A stretch of DNA of 64,000 bases, taken from NCBI GenBank assembly GCA_037137535.1, contig JBAXKC010000001.1:64001-128000 (forward strand), in the 5' to 3' direction. The notes beneath the pieces are model-generated. The model saw nothing but the letters and a program-made list of their open reading frames with translations, searched no databases and was not told where the DNA came from. How positions within the stretch are numbered: the first letter of the stretch is position 1; every line of letters starts with the position of its first letter. Made by a program: the position numbers and the translations under genes. Source of the stretch: a bacterium (GTDB lineage: Bacteria > Cyanobacteriota > Vampirovibrionia > Gastranaerophilales > JBAXKC01). Shown in pieces: positions 1 to 9,559 of this stretch.

Positions 1-765
1 TAATTCATAAGGTTTTAATTTTCTTTTCTTTAATTCATTAAGAGAAACGCCAAGACCAACAACAACAGAGTCAATATTTGTATAAATAAAGCCAAGCCCG
101 AGCATTTCCTGCATTGGTCCGCCAATTATCGTATAAATAACTCCACTATCGCCTTCTAAGTTAAATCTATCTTCGATTACTTGTCTTGGGAGAGCGATTA
201 CTTCTTTTATACCTAAAGCAACTTCTTCAGGTTTTATTTCATCATGAAGTCCGACTTTTTTAGCTAATAAAGAGTTTACTCCATCAGCAAGAATTACGAT
301 TTTTGCATAAAATTCTTCCTGCTCAGTTTTCACTCCAACAACTCTACCGTCTTCAACAATTACGTCAGTTACTAAAGTTTGAGGAACTATAAAAGCTCCT
401 GCTTCTTCAGCTTGCTCTGCGCACCATTTGTCCCATTTAGCTCTCATCACAGTAAAACTGTTATAATGTCCTTCTTGTCCATGAGCTGAGTTTTTATAAC
501 CAACAACAGTACCGTCATTATTGCCTAAAAGACCAAATCTATGTTCTGTGTTAAATCTTTCAACCGGAGCTTCTTCCCAGAAGTTCGGATAAATTTCCGC
601 TGTCGGCTGAGCATAGATTGCACCGCCAAAAACATTTTTACTACCGGGGAAGTCCCCTCTTTCAAGAACAACAACCTCTTTGCCGGCTTTTGCAAGTGTT
701 ATTGCCGCAGCAATACCGGCAGGACCGGCACCTACTATGACAACATCAACAACTTCTCTCTCCAC
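1..765 (-). CDS. fixC: FAD-dependent oxidoreductase, FixC/ETF-quinone oxidoreductase family (3' end outside window)
   Basis: Not in ORF track. Manual translation from GTG at 765 (SD GAAAGGAG) gives VEREVVDVVIVGAGPAGIAAA, a GxGxxG FAD motif, then FixC-like segments (GSKNVFGG, EAPVER, IVILADGVNS). Confidence 0.8.
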   Translation of the reverse strand, partial: MEREVVDVVIVGAGPAGIAAAITLAKAGKEVVVLERGDFPGSKNVFGGAIYAQPTAEIYPNFWEEAPVERFNTEHRFGLLGNNDGTVVGYKNSAHGQEGHYNSFTVMRAKWDKWCAEQAEEAGAFIVPQTLVTDVIVEDGRVVGVKTEQEEFYAKIVILADGVNSLLAKKVGLHDEIKPEEVALGIKEVIALPRQVIEDRFNLEGDSGVIYTIIGGPMQEMLGLGFIYTNIDSVVVGLGVSLNELKKRKLKPYEL

Positions 766-881
766 CTTGTTCTCCTTTCATAAACTGTATATAATTTATT
801 AAAAGTTTAATATACATAAGTATAAATATTTATTTATTTAACCACAGTCAAAATAAATATAAAATAATAAAGGATAACATT

Positions 882-986
882 ATGGAAAAATTGCAAATTA
901 TAATTTTCCCCGCAGTAACTTTTGCTGTTTTATGCGCAGGAGTCATTTTATATGAATTATGCTCATATCTGGCAAAACTCATATAA
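882..986 (+). CDS. Putative 34-aa single-pass membrane microprotein
   Basis: MEKLQIIIFPAVTFAVLCAGVILYELCSYLAKLI*, preceded by AAGGA; one hydrophobic stretch. Confidence 0.4.
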   Translation: MEKLQIIIFPAVTFAVLCAGVILYELCSYLAKLI

Positions 987-1092
987 TTAGCCGATTAAGC
1001 CTCTTCTCTCAAGAAAATTTCTATGTCTAAAACCATCGGCTAACTTTTTGACAATTGCCTTAATATAAAAATAATTTTACCAATTAGAAAAC

Positions 1093-2379
1093 TTACTTTT
1101 CTCTAGTTGCAGCAGGCTTGTGTTTCTCAAGAATACCTGTAAACAGATTTACTTTATCCGTTAAATATTTATCAATTACAGTTTTAAACTTAGGATTAGC
1201 TTCGATAGCTTTTAATTCGCTGTCAAACTCAGCTTCCATTTCCTTTTTCTCTTGCGGAGGCAAGAAAGCCGCATTTATACCGTTTTTAACAAGAGTTTTA
1301 ATATCTTGCAATGTAGTAATTATTCCATGTTCATATAACCTTCTGAACTCTTCTGAGAGGTCTGTATTAAACATGGATTGATCATCTGTACAGACTGCAA
1401 CTTTTATATTTTCGTCAATCATTCTTTTTAAATGTTTTTGATCCCATGTTGTAACACCTGTTGCAACATTTGAAGAAGGACAATTTTCAATAACAATATT
1501 TTTATCTTTTACCTGTTGTATAAGGTTTTTATCATTAAATAAAGCCAGTCCGTGGCCTATTCTTTCCGTTCCGTAAGCAATTGCTCTCATCATAGACTGA
1601 GTAGGGGTTAAATCTTCGGAGTGAGGAGTTTCCCCTGCATGAATAGTCAAATGCAGACCATTTTCTTTTGCATATTTTAAAGTTTCAGAGTGTTTATCAA
1701 TTGAGTGATTTAGTTCATCACCTGCAAGATCGAGAGCTACAACAGAAGAATTAGGCTCTTTTGACCACTTAACGGCAAGTTTTGCATCTTCCATAGACGT
1801 TTCAGGAGATTCATGCCTTTCAGTAGTAACCATTAATTTTACAACCTGATGAAATCCTGTTTTTTGAAGTTCATTTTTAGCCTGTTCAATACCATCGTTT
1901 ATTGCATGATACATTGTATCTTTAGCCTTTAGACGGGCATCAGTCTCTTTTAATTTTTCAGGATTTAATTCTTGAGACGAAATCTTTAATTCTATATATT
2001 TAACGTTTTCTTTTGCAGCATTCATACAAATAGAATAAGTAACAGCTTTTAATTCTTCGGCGGTTTTTACAGACTTTGACAAATTTGTATAAACATTAAC
2101 AAAATCTGTAAGATTATCATATTTTTCTTTGGTATAAGTCGCCTTAAAAACATCAGCTTCAGGCATACCTTTTATTTTTAGCTGATTTCTGACGAAATCA
2201 AGCGGATAAGATCCTGCTAAATGTGCATGTAATTCTGCTTTAGGAATAACGGAAAAAAATTCATTTAACTCTGCCGGCATCTCTTTTAATTTGTCAGTAT
2301 TATTTTTATTAATCGGCACATTAACCTCATTTATTTTACTTTTATCAATATTTATTGAATTGAATGCAGATAAAATCAT
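1093..2379 (-). CDS. Adenosine/AMP deaminase family protein with N-terminal low-complexity extension
   Basis: PKAELHAHL, DLAGDE, TIHAGE, ERIGHG, CPSSN and TDD motifs. Confidence 0.9.
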   Translation of the reverse strand: MILSAFNSINIDKSKINEVNVPINKNNTDKLKEMPAELNEFFSVIPKAELHAHLAGSYPLDFVRNQLKIKGMPEADVFKATYTKEKYDNLTDFVNVYTNLSKSVKTAEELKAVTYSICMNAAKENVKYIELKISSQELNPEKLKETDARLKAKDTMYHAINDGIEQAKNELQKTGFHQVVKLMVTTERHESPETSMEDAKLAVKWSKEPNSSVVALDLAGDELNHSIDKHSETLKYAKENGLHLTIHAGETPHSEDLTPTQSMMRAIAYGTERIGHGLALFNDKNLIQQVKDKNIVIENCPSSNVATGVTTWDQKHLKRMIDENIKVAVCTDDQSMFNTDLSEEFRRLYEHGIITTLQDIKTLVKNGINAAFLPPQEKKEMEAEFDSELKAIEANPKFKTVIDKYLTDKVNLFTGILEKHKPAATREK

Positions 2380-2482
2380 TAAAGCACCTCTTAATTAAAC
2401 ATGCCGTAGTGATTAAATAAAAACAACTCAAAAAACAAATTAACAACATGATTGTTAAATCTTTACACAAATTTAACAATCT

Positions 2483-3172
2483 TTATTTTTTATTTAAAAG
2501 AATTTTTTCAGCAATTTCAAAATCTTCTTGAGTATCAATATCAACTTGCCATTCAACAGGATAAATTGCAGGATTTTCCCCAATGAAATCATTGTGCTTT
2601 TCAAAGGCCTCACGCTTAATTGCGTAAACTGCACCATTTTCACAATAAATATTGCCTCTTTGCTCAACATCTTGCCTTCTTGGTCTTAAATGATAATCAT
2701 ATAAGGATTTTACAGTTCCATCATCAAACTTTTGCCAGTAAGGCATAGCCTGTGAATGCCAAAATACAGTAAAAACAGAATCGTTATCGGAGTTTAACAG
2801 CTGTTTGACAACACCATCTATTATAATCTCATCTCTCAAAGGACATGTGGGTTGTAATAATACAATCACATCAGGAGAATATCCCTGTATTTCAAGCTCT
2901 TTAACAGCATGAATAAGGACTGGAGCAGTCTTAGTTTCATCTTGAGCTAATTCTAAAGGGCGATTTATAATTTCTGCACCGAAACTTTCAGCAACTTGAG
3001 CAATTTCAGAATCTTCTGTTGATAAAACGACTTTATCAATAAATTTAGACTTTTGTGCCGCAATAATTGTATGTGCAATGAGAGGCTTACCTGCCAAAGG
3101 TTTTATATTTTTTCTCGGAATGCCTTTAGATCCACCCCTTGCAGGAATAATTCCCAAAATTTTCATAAACAT
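2483..3172 (-). CDS. Acylneuraminate (nonulosonate) cytidylyltransferase, NeuA/PseF family
   Basis: IIPARGGSKGIPRKNI, LLQPTCPLR, ENGAVY and DIDT motifs. Confidence 0.92.
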   Translation of the reverse strand: MFMKILGIIPARGGSKGIPRKNIKPLAGKPLIAHTIIAAQKSKFIDKVVLSTEDSEIAQVAESFGAEIINRPLELAQDETKTAPVLIHAVKELEIQGYSPDVIVLLQPTCPLRDEIIIDGVVKQLLNSDNDSVFTVFWHSQAMPYWQKFDDGTVKSLYDYHLRPRRQDVEQRGNIYCENGAVYAIKREAFEKHNDFIGENPAIYPVEWQVDIDTQEDFEIAEKILLNKK

Positions 3173-3231
3173 TTCCTTAATTACTCACATTTATATAATA
3201 TTAAAATATTATACAGTTTTATGAAAATTTA

Positions 3232-4695
3232 TTAAATATTTTCTTCTTTTACGATTAAACCGTTACTGACATAAGCTCCACCTTTTACAAGAGGACTGTT
3301 TACAATTCTATTCTTAATGACCATTTGGGTAGAAGTACCGCCATCAAGGTTCATTGCAAAATAACATCCATATTTTTGCATAACTTTGGCAAGTTCATAT
3401 AAACTTAGTCCCGAAGAGTTTTCCTGCCTACCGTCAACTGTAATAATAACTACCACATTGTCTTTGGTATAACCTATTGCTGTTCTAGGGTTAAGCCCAC
3501 TTATTGAATGAAGCTTTTGTTCGTTTGCATCAACAAATAAATGACCGTCTTTAATAAGATATGGCCCGCCTCCTATTGCCTCGGAAACATCTGACCAATC
3601 GGGTGACGACGTAATTTTAACAGTTGTTTTTTCCCCAACTTCAAGATTATCTAATAATTTTTTAGAACCTGAAACAACAACGCTATTTTCATCAAGAGGA
3701 ATTGGATTAGCTGATATTGACTTAACTTCATTATTTTTTATTAATATGTTAACTCCGTATTTTGGAGCAACAGGAGAAACCCAGCCCCATTTTGAGGAAT
3801 AAAGAATTGTTTTTGTGGCAAGCATTCTAGGTTGATTATAAGAATCAATTTTAATAACTCTCCCATCACCTAAAATAACCTTACCATCAAGTTCAACTCT
3901 TGCCATTTTGAAACCGTCTTGAGTTATTCCCATCGCAACTCTGTCATAAACAGGGCCGGATAAGATTTCACCTTCTTTAATCATTAATCCGAGCGGAACA
4001 CCGTTGGTTTGCTTAAAGAAAGAAGCATTCACACCTGCAATTGCATTATTAGCTCGAACCATAGCAGCAACATTTTTTTTACCCGATAATTTAGAAGTAG
4101 CAAAAGCAGGAATTAATTTTAAATTAGGATTAACATTTCTATTAACTTCAATAATATTAATATTTACAGGTCTTCTGTTTATGTACTTTTTAATTTTAAT
4201 ATGAGCAACACCTTTAGAAACAATTGAAACCCCTGCGCCATAGTATTTTTTCGCAAGAGCAAGCTTCCATGCGTTATCATTAAATAACACAGGATTTAAA
4301 GGTTCTTCGGATTTTATCACAGGTGTATTAATAAAATGCTCGGGGATATTAATTGAGGCTTGAGATAAGAGTTTACTGTCTTTTGTCAAATACGAAACAA
4401 GCAAGTTTACAGATTCCTTTTGGGAAATACGCAAACTTGCCTGATTTACATTTTCTTCATTAGAGCTAATTTGTCCGTTATAATCCGGAAGATTATAATC
4501 AAAATTGAAGCTCGGCCTATCACTTATAAAGGATCCACCGCTATTCGACTTTAATACTTGCGCTCGAAAAAGTTCTTGAGCCACAACAGAGTATGACATC
4601 GAATATAGAATAGTAAATGCGATAAAAATTCGCCAAAATGACTCCGTATTAGGGTAAAACCTAAACATAATCTTTACCTTCTCTTTTTTTTGCAC
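3232..4695 (-). CDS. Exported phosphodiester glycosidase (NAGPA/DUF2233) family protein
   Basis: Signal-like N-terminus; AGVNASFF, GGGPYL, PRTAIG, VDGRQ and NLDGGTST motifs. Confidence 0.85.
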   Translation of the reverse strand: MQKKEKVKIMFRFYPNTESFWRIFIAFTILYSMSYSVVAQELFRAQVLKSNSGGSFISDRPSFNFDYNLPDYNGQISSNEENVNQASLRISQKESVNLLVSYLTKDSKLLSQASINIPEHFINTPVIKSEEPLNPVLFNDNAWKLALAKKYYGAGVSIVSKGVAHIKIKKYINRRPVNINIIEVNRNVNPNLKLIPAFATSKLSGKKNVAAMVRANNAIAGVNASFFKQTNGVPLGLMIKEGEILSGPVYDRVAMGITQDGFKMARVELDGKVILGDGRVIKIDSYNQPRMLATKTILYSSKWGWVSPVAPKYGVNILIKNNEVKSISANPIPLDENSVVVSGSKKLLDNLEVGEKTTVKITSSPDWSDVSEAIGGGPYLIKDGHLFVDANEQKLHSISGLNPRTAIGYTKDNVVVIITVDGRQENSSGLSLYELAKVMQKYGCYFAMNLDGGTSTQMVIKNRIVNSPLVKGGAYVSNGLIVKEENI

Positions 4696-5030
4696 CTTAA
4701 CCCTCTTATAATTTATTATATCAGATTTTAATTACGATTTTAACTAGTATTTATAAAGAAAAATGGAGACAAAATACATGCATTTCAACAATGAATGTTC
4801 AATAGGGTTTTCACAATCGCCATTTTTACACTTGTAGTATTTTCATTTTAACATTTGTACACATTTATCGACAAGCAAAAAAACCTTGTATTTGCATTTT
4901 TATTTAGTGTAATTTTCATAAAAATTACACTAATTTCTAAAGACCAACCGAGAAAATTTTCAATATTTTAAATTTTTTGGTAATATAATTTTAGAGAATT
5001 TTTAATAAATAATAAATTAAAGAGGATGCT

Positions 5031-5375
5031 ATGATTAATTCAGTTGTAATCGTTGGAAGAGCAGGGAAAGACCCTGAAATAAAATATTTTGAATCAGGCA
5101 AAGTAAAAACAAGTTTTTCACTTGCCGTTAATATTTGGAATTCAGCAACAAAAAAAGAAGAAGCTCATTGGTTCAATATTGATCTTTGGGATAAACAGGC
5201 AGAAAGAGCCAGTGAATACATAAAAAAAGGAATGCTTATCAGTATTGAAGGCAGATTAAGCGGAAGAAAATGGAAAGATGAAACAGGAGCAACCAGAGAA
5301 ATCTTTTCAATAGTAGCTTCCAATTATCAAATATTAAGCTTCAAGCGTGATGCTCAACAACAAAATAGCTTTTAA
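5031..5375 (+). CDS. ssb: Single-stranded DNA-binding protein (short form)
   Basis: INSVVIVGRAGKDPEIKYFESG, WF..W and IEGRL OB-fold pattern. Confidence 0.93.
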   Translation: MINSVVIVGRAGKDPEIKYFESGKVKTSFSLAVNIWNSATKKEEAHWFNIDLWDKQAERASEYIKKGMLISIEGRLSGRKWKDETGATREIFSIVASNYQILSFKRDAQQQNSF

Positions 5376-5377
5376 CC

Positions 5378-6688
5378 ATGGCTAATACTATCGGAATAAT
5401 TGCTGATGATTTAACAGGGGCAAATGATACGGCCTTACAGTTTCATTTAAAAGGTTGTAATACTCAAATACTTTTTGATTACGATCTGATTCCCGAAGGT
5501 CAAGTAAACACGAAAGCATGGGCAATAAGCACTCAAACAAGAAATATTGATGCAAAAACCGCTTATAACAAGGTATATAAAACCGCTAAGACCTTAATGG
5601 GCAATCTTAAAATTGATTATCTGTATAAAAAGATTGATTCAACTTTAAGAGGAAACATAGGCCCTGAATGTCTTGCGGTTCTTGATGCTTTAGATTGGGA
5701 TGCGGCAATAATTGTTCCTGCTTTTCCAAACGAAGGCAGAATAACAGTAGGCGGCTATCATTTATTAAAAGGCGTTCCTCTTGAAAGAACGGAAGTCGCT
5801 AGAGACCCCGGCTCTCCTATTTATGAATCACATATCCCTTCTTTAATTTCAAGGCAGGTTGAAACTTCTGACATAGTAGCTCATATTCAGCTTATGACAG
5901 TTATGAAAGGAGCAGGCCCGATACTTCTTGAAATTCAAAACCTCGTTAAAAAAGGTAAAAGACTTATTATTGTTGACGCTGTATCAACGACTGATTTAGA
6001 ACAAATATCTCTGGCAACTGAAAAATGCAGCTATGACTTACTTCCTGTCGGCTCGGCAGGTCTAGCCCAAGCATTGACAAAAACATGGCTATCAGACACA
6101 AAACATCAGAATTTATCAAATACTATTCCATCAATTCCTGTTCTAGTAGTGGCAGGCAGTGCGACAAATCTGACAAGAGTGCAAATTAAAAGAATTAAAG
6201 AATCAGATGAAATCGAACCATATATAATGGAGCTAAAACCTGAAGAAGTCTTATCAATTGAGCCGACAAAAGACAAAATAGATAAAATTGCGCAACAACT
6301 TAAATCAACAGGTTGTGTAATTGTTCACTCTATTCCTCTTGAAGGAGATATAAGTCAAACTCTTGAATTTGCAAAACAAGAAGGATTAAATCTTGATAAT
6401 CTTCATGGAAGAGTAAGCGATTATTTAGCAAAATTAACTTCTTTAGTTAATCAGGAACAAAACTTTATACTGGTTGTAATAGGCGGAGAAACTTCTTATA
6501 AATGTTGTAACTCAATAGGCAGCAGGCAGCTGCAACTTATTGATGAAGTAGATTCTGCTATTCCTCTGTGCCTTGATCTTAATGCACAATGGATTGTTAC
6601 TAAATCAGGTAACCTTGGAACACCAAACACTTTAATAAATATTTTAAAGTACTTCCAAAAACATCAATCACAGAAGATAATAAAATAA
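5378..6688 (+). CDS. Four-carbon acid sugar kinase (DUF1537, DtnK/DenK family)
   Basis: IADDLTGANDT, YKKIDSTLRGN, PAFP..GR, GGETS and TKSGNLG motifs. Confidence 0.9.
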   Translation: MANTIGIIADDLTGANDTALQFHLKGCNTQILFDYDLIPEGQVNTKAWAISTQTRNIDAKTAYNKVYKTAKTLMGNLKIDYLYKKIDSTLRGNIGPECLAVLDALDWDAAIIVPAFPNEGRITVGGYHLLKGVPLERTEVARDPGSPIYESHIPSLISRQVETSDIVAHIQLMTVMKGAGPILLEIQNLVKKGKRLIIVDAVSTTDLEQISLATEKCSYDLLPVGSAGLAQALTKTWLSDTKHQNLSNTIPSIPVLVVAGSATNLTRVQIKRIKESDEIEPYIMELKPEEVLSIEPTKDKIDKIAQQLKSTGCVIVHSIPLEGDISQTLEFAKQEGLNLDNLHGRVSDYLAKLTSLVNQEQNFILVVIGGETSYKCCNSIGSRQLQLIDEVDSAIPLCLDLNAQWIVTKSGNLGTPNTLINILKYFQKHQSQKIIK

Positions 6689-6727
6689 GAAAGACACTTT
6701 TTTGCAGACGTTCGTCTTATATAAATT

Positions 6728-7765
6728 ATGGACAAACTTAATAATCGGTCAAAAGAAATGAAAAATTCTAAAAAAATTGCAATAACTATGGGCGATCCGT
6801 CAGGGGTCGGGCCGGAAATTATTTTAAAAGCGTTAAATTCAAATGAAATTGATAAAGACAACTTAATTTTAATAGGAAATAAAGATGTATTTATTAAATT
6901 TGCGAAAAAACATCATATTAATGCCGATTTTAACCTTGAATTTATAGAAGTAGAATGTGACTTATCAAAACTAAAAATGGGTATTCCAACTGAAGAGTCG
7001 GGAAGATCTGCATTTTTAGCTTTAGAAAAAGCTTGTGAACTTGCAAATGAAAATTCAATTAGTGCCATAGCAACAGCTCCTCTTTCAAAAAAAGCTATAA
7101 ACCTTGCAGGATATTGCTATTCAGGGCAAACAGAAGTATTAAAAACACATATCAAAAGTTTAACTAAACATAATCAGCCAGAAATGCTTTTTGTAGCTAA
7201 TGATTTTAAAGTGATGCTGCTTACAAGACACGTTGAGCTTTCTAATCTTTGTGAACTGATAACGCAAGATAAAATAATAAACTCTGTTTTAAATCTGAAT
7301 AAATCACTAATAAATGATTTCGGAATAGAATCACCAAAAATTGCAATCTGCGGACTGAATCCACATGCTGGAGAAGACGGGCTTTTAGGACGAGAAGAAG
7401 TTGAAATTTTCATTCCAGCAATTCAAAAACTTAAAGAAATTTATAAAATAAATATTTCAGGACCTTTTCCCGGCGACACCATTTGGGTAAACGCAGGAAG
7501 AGCCTTTTTAAAGCAGGAAAAACTACCGTTTGATGCCTATATTTCTTCTTATCACGATCAAGGGCTAATCCCTATAAAACTACTGGCTATGGACGAATGT
7601 ATAAACACAACAATAAACCTTCCAATAATAAGGACCTCTCCAAGCCATGGAACTGCTTATGACATTGCAGGCAAAAACATAGCGAATCCCCAAAGCATGA
7701 TTGAATCAATTAAACTTGCAAATATGATAAATTCAAATAGAGGAAACCTTTTATCTAAAAAATAA
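6728..7765 (+). CDS. pdxA: 4-hydroxythreonine-4-phosphate / 4-phospho-threonate dehydrogenase (PdxA family); start may be 6758
   Basis: ITMGDPSGVGPEI, GLNPHAGEDG, YHDQGLIP and RTSPSHGTAYDIAG motifs. Confidence 0.92.
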   Translation: MDKLNNRSKEMKNSKKIAITMGDPSGVGPEIILKALNSNEIDKDNLILIGNKDVFIKFAKKHHINADFNLEFIEVECDLSKLKMGIPTEESGRSAFLALEKACELANENSISAIATAPLSKKAINLAGYCYSGQTEVLKTHIKSLTKHNQPEMLFVANDFKVMLLTRHVELSNLCELITQDKIINSVLNLNKSLINDFGIESPKIAICGLNPHAGEDGLLGREEVEIFIPAIQKLKEIYKINISGPFPGDTIWVNAGRAFLKQEKLPFDAYISSYHDQGLIPIKLLAMDECINTTINLPIIRTSPSHGTAYDIAGKNIANPQSMIESIKLANMINSNRGNLLSKK

Positions 7766-7816
7766 CTTATATTTATAGTTGTATTTACATTATTAATAAA
7801 AAACGAATAAGCAAAT

Positions 7817-7847
7817 AAAGCCTTGTATATTACGATACAGGGCTTTT
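7817..7847 (+). terminator. Intrinsic terminator after pdxA
   Basis: AAAGCCTTGTAT...ATACAGGGCTTTT stem with T tail. Confidence 0.6.
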
Positions 7848-7976
7848 AAAACGCTGAAATATTAATGAAGAATACTGTCCCTATTAATTATTGTTTTATA
7901 AAATCATTTTTTATCTTATAATCAAAATAATTATAGTTAGTATTAAGAATTCACAAAAGAAAGAGGTTTTTTATCT

Positions 7977-9404
7977 ATGGAAACAATGGAAAAGGTTGTA
8001 GCTGAAACAACCGAACAAGTTGAAACAAAGAAATTACCGTCATATTCAAACCTTCAACTTTTAAATTTCTGTTTAGGATTTTTCGGACTTCAATTTGCAT
8101 GGCAAATGAGAATTATTCTTTCAGGTCCTGTTACAGAAGGTCTTGGAGCTTCACCGTTAATTTTTGGATTGATTTGGCTTGCAGGTCCTTTCACAGGTAT
8201 GATTGTTCAACCGATTATCGGAACAATCAGTGATAATTTAAATTCAAAATTCGGAAAAAGAAGACCATTTCTTTTAGTAGGAGCTTTACTTGCAAGTTTA
8301 GCTTTGTGGGCCTTTCCTAATTCTGCAAAAATTACAAACTTTTTCGCAGGTTCAATCCACCAATCACTACCTGTTTGGTCAGCATTACTTCTTGCAGCAG
8401 TTATGATTTGGGCAATTGATGCAAGCGTTAACGCAGCTCAAGGTCCTTACAGAGCAATGATTCCTGATAATATTCCTCAAGAACAACATTCACTTGCAAA
8501 TTCTTACTTAAGTTTTGCTATCGGTTTAGGTTCAGTCATATCAGCAGGGACAGCACCATTTTTAAACGCTGTATTCCATTATCAAATGAGCACAACAGCA
8601 CAATTCGTAATGGCTAGTATTGCTTTTTCAACAGCAATGTTATGGACTTGCTTTACAACAAAAGAACAAACTGCTGTTACCGTCAACAAAGAAGATAAAA
8701 CAATAGAAGAAACACAAAAAGAAAACTTAATCACTCCTTTAGTTAAATTCTTTAAAACTTCACCTGATGTTTCAAAAATCTGCGTAATGCAATTATTTAC
8801 ATGGATTGGTGTAATGAGTATGTTTATCTTCTTTACACAATTCACAATCCACAATGTTTACGCTGTTCCTGATTTAACAAACGCAACAGCTGATATTAAA
8901 GCACACTTTATAAATGCTACAAATGCAGGAACAAACCTTTCATCAATATGCTTTGCGGCATTTAACCTCGTTTGCTTCTTAGTATCACTTCCTATGGGAA
9001 TGATTTCATCAAAATTAGGCAACAAAAAAATACTTGGAGGTTCTTTATTTACAATGGCTATTGCTTTCTTAGCAATGACCTTTACAAAAGATTCAAAGCT
9101 TGTTATAGCTTGTATGTCATTAGCTGGTATCGGTTGGGCTGCAATCCTTTCCTTACCATTCGCTATGCTTACAAAATACATTAAAAAAGGAACTGAAGGT
9201 TCAATCATGGGCTTATTCAATATCTTTATCGCAGGACCGCAAGTTTTAGTTTGCACACTTCTTGCATGGTTCATTAACCAATGTCCGACTGCTACTCATA
9301 ATAACTTCCATTGGGAATACGCTTTCATCATCGGAGCAGTTTCCTTAGCAGTTGGAGCTTTATTAGCTTTATCAGTTGATGAGAATGCTAAAGTAGCAGA
9401 ATAG
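7977..9404 (+). CDS. MFS sugar transporter, SLC45/maltose-sucrose type
   Basis: GFFGLQFAW, WLAGPFTGMIVQPIIG, FGKRRPF and GLFNIFI motifs; about 12 hydrophobic segments. Confidence 0.85.
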   Translation: METMEKVVAETTEQVETKKLPSYSNLQLLNFCLGFFGLQFAWQMRIILSGPVTEGLGASPLIFGLIWLAGPFTGMIVQPIIGTISDNLNSKFGKRRPFLLVGALLASLALWAFPNSAKITNFFAGSIHQSLPVWSALLLAAVMIWAIDASVNAAQGPYRAMIPDNIPQEQHSLANSYLSFAIGLGSVISAGTAPFLNAVFHYQMSTTAQFVMASIAFSTAMLWTCFTTKEQTAVTVNKEDKTIEETQKENLITPLVKFFKTSPDVSKICVMQLFTWIGVMSMFIFFTQFTIHNVYAVPDLTNATADIKAHFINATNAGTNLSSICFAAFNLVCFLVSLPMGMISSKLGNKKILGGSLFTMAIAFLAMTFTKDSKLVIACMSLAGIGWAAILSLPFAMLTKYIKKGTEGSIMGLFNIFIAGPQVLVCTLLAWFINQCPTATHNNFHWEYAFIIGAVSLAVGALLALSVDENAKVAE

Positions 9405-9420
9405 TTAAAATACATTTTTT

Positions 9421-9451
9421 AAAATCCCTCTTTTCGCAAGAGGGATTTTTT
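9421..9451 (+). terminator. Intrinsic terminator
   Basis: AAAATCCCTCTT-TTCGC-AAGAGGGATTTTTT. Confidence 0.85.
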
Positions 9452-9559
9452 ATTGAGCGATAACTGTAACAATTAATTAACCCTTAAAGTAAACACTATT
9501 ATTTAGCTACTATTAATATGGTACAAATATAATGAATGTAAAATCTATTAGAGAAGGAC

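Noticed and set aside
541-783. 80-aa plus-strand ORF in the track
   Set aside because: Antisense shadow of the fixC-like gene on the minus strand.
4865-4891. Possible sigma-28 promoter (GTCGATAA, minus strand) upstream of the NAGPA-like gene
   Set aside because: No TAAA-like -35 at 15-nt spacing.
9436-9463. Possible sigma-28 promoter (AGCGATAA) upstream of the 9560 orphan
   Set aside because: Two mismatches in the -10, and the -35 falls inside a terminator hairpin.
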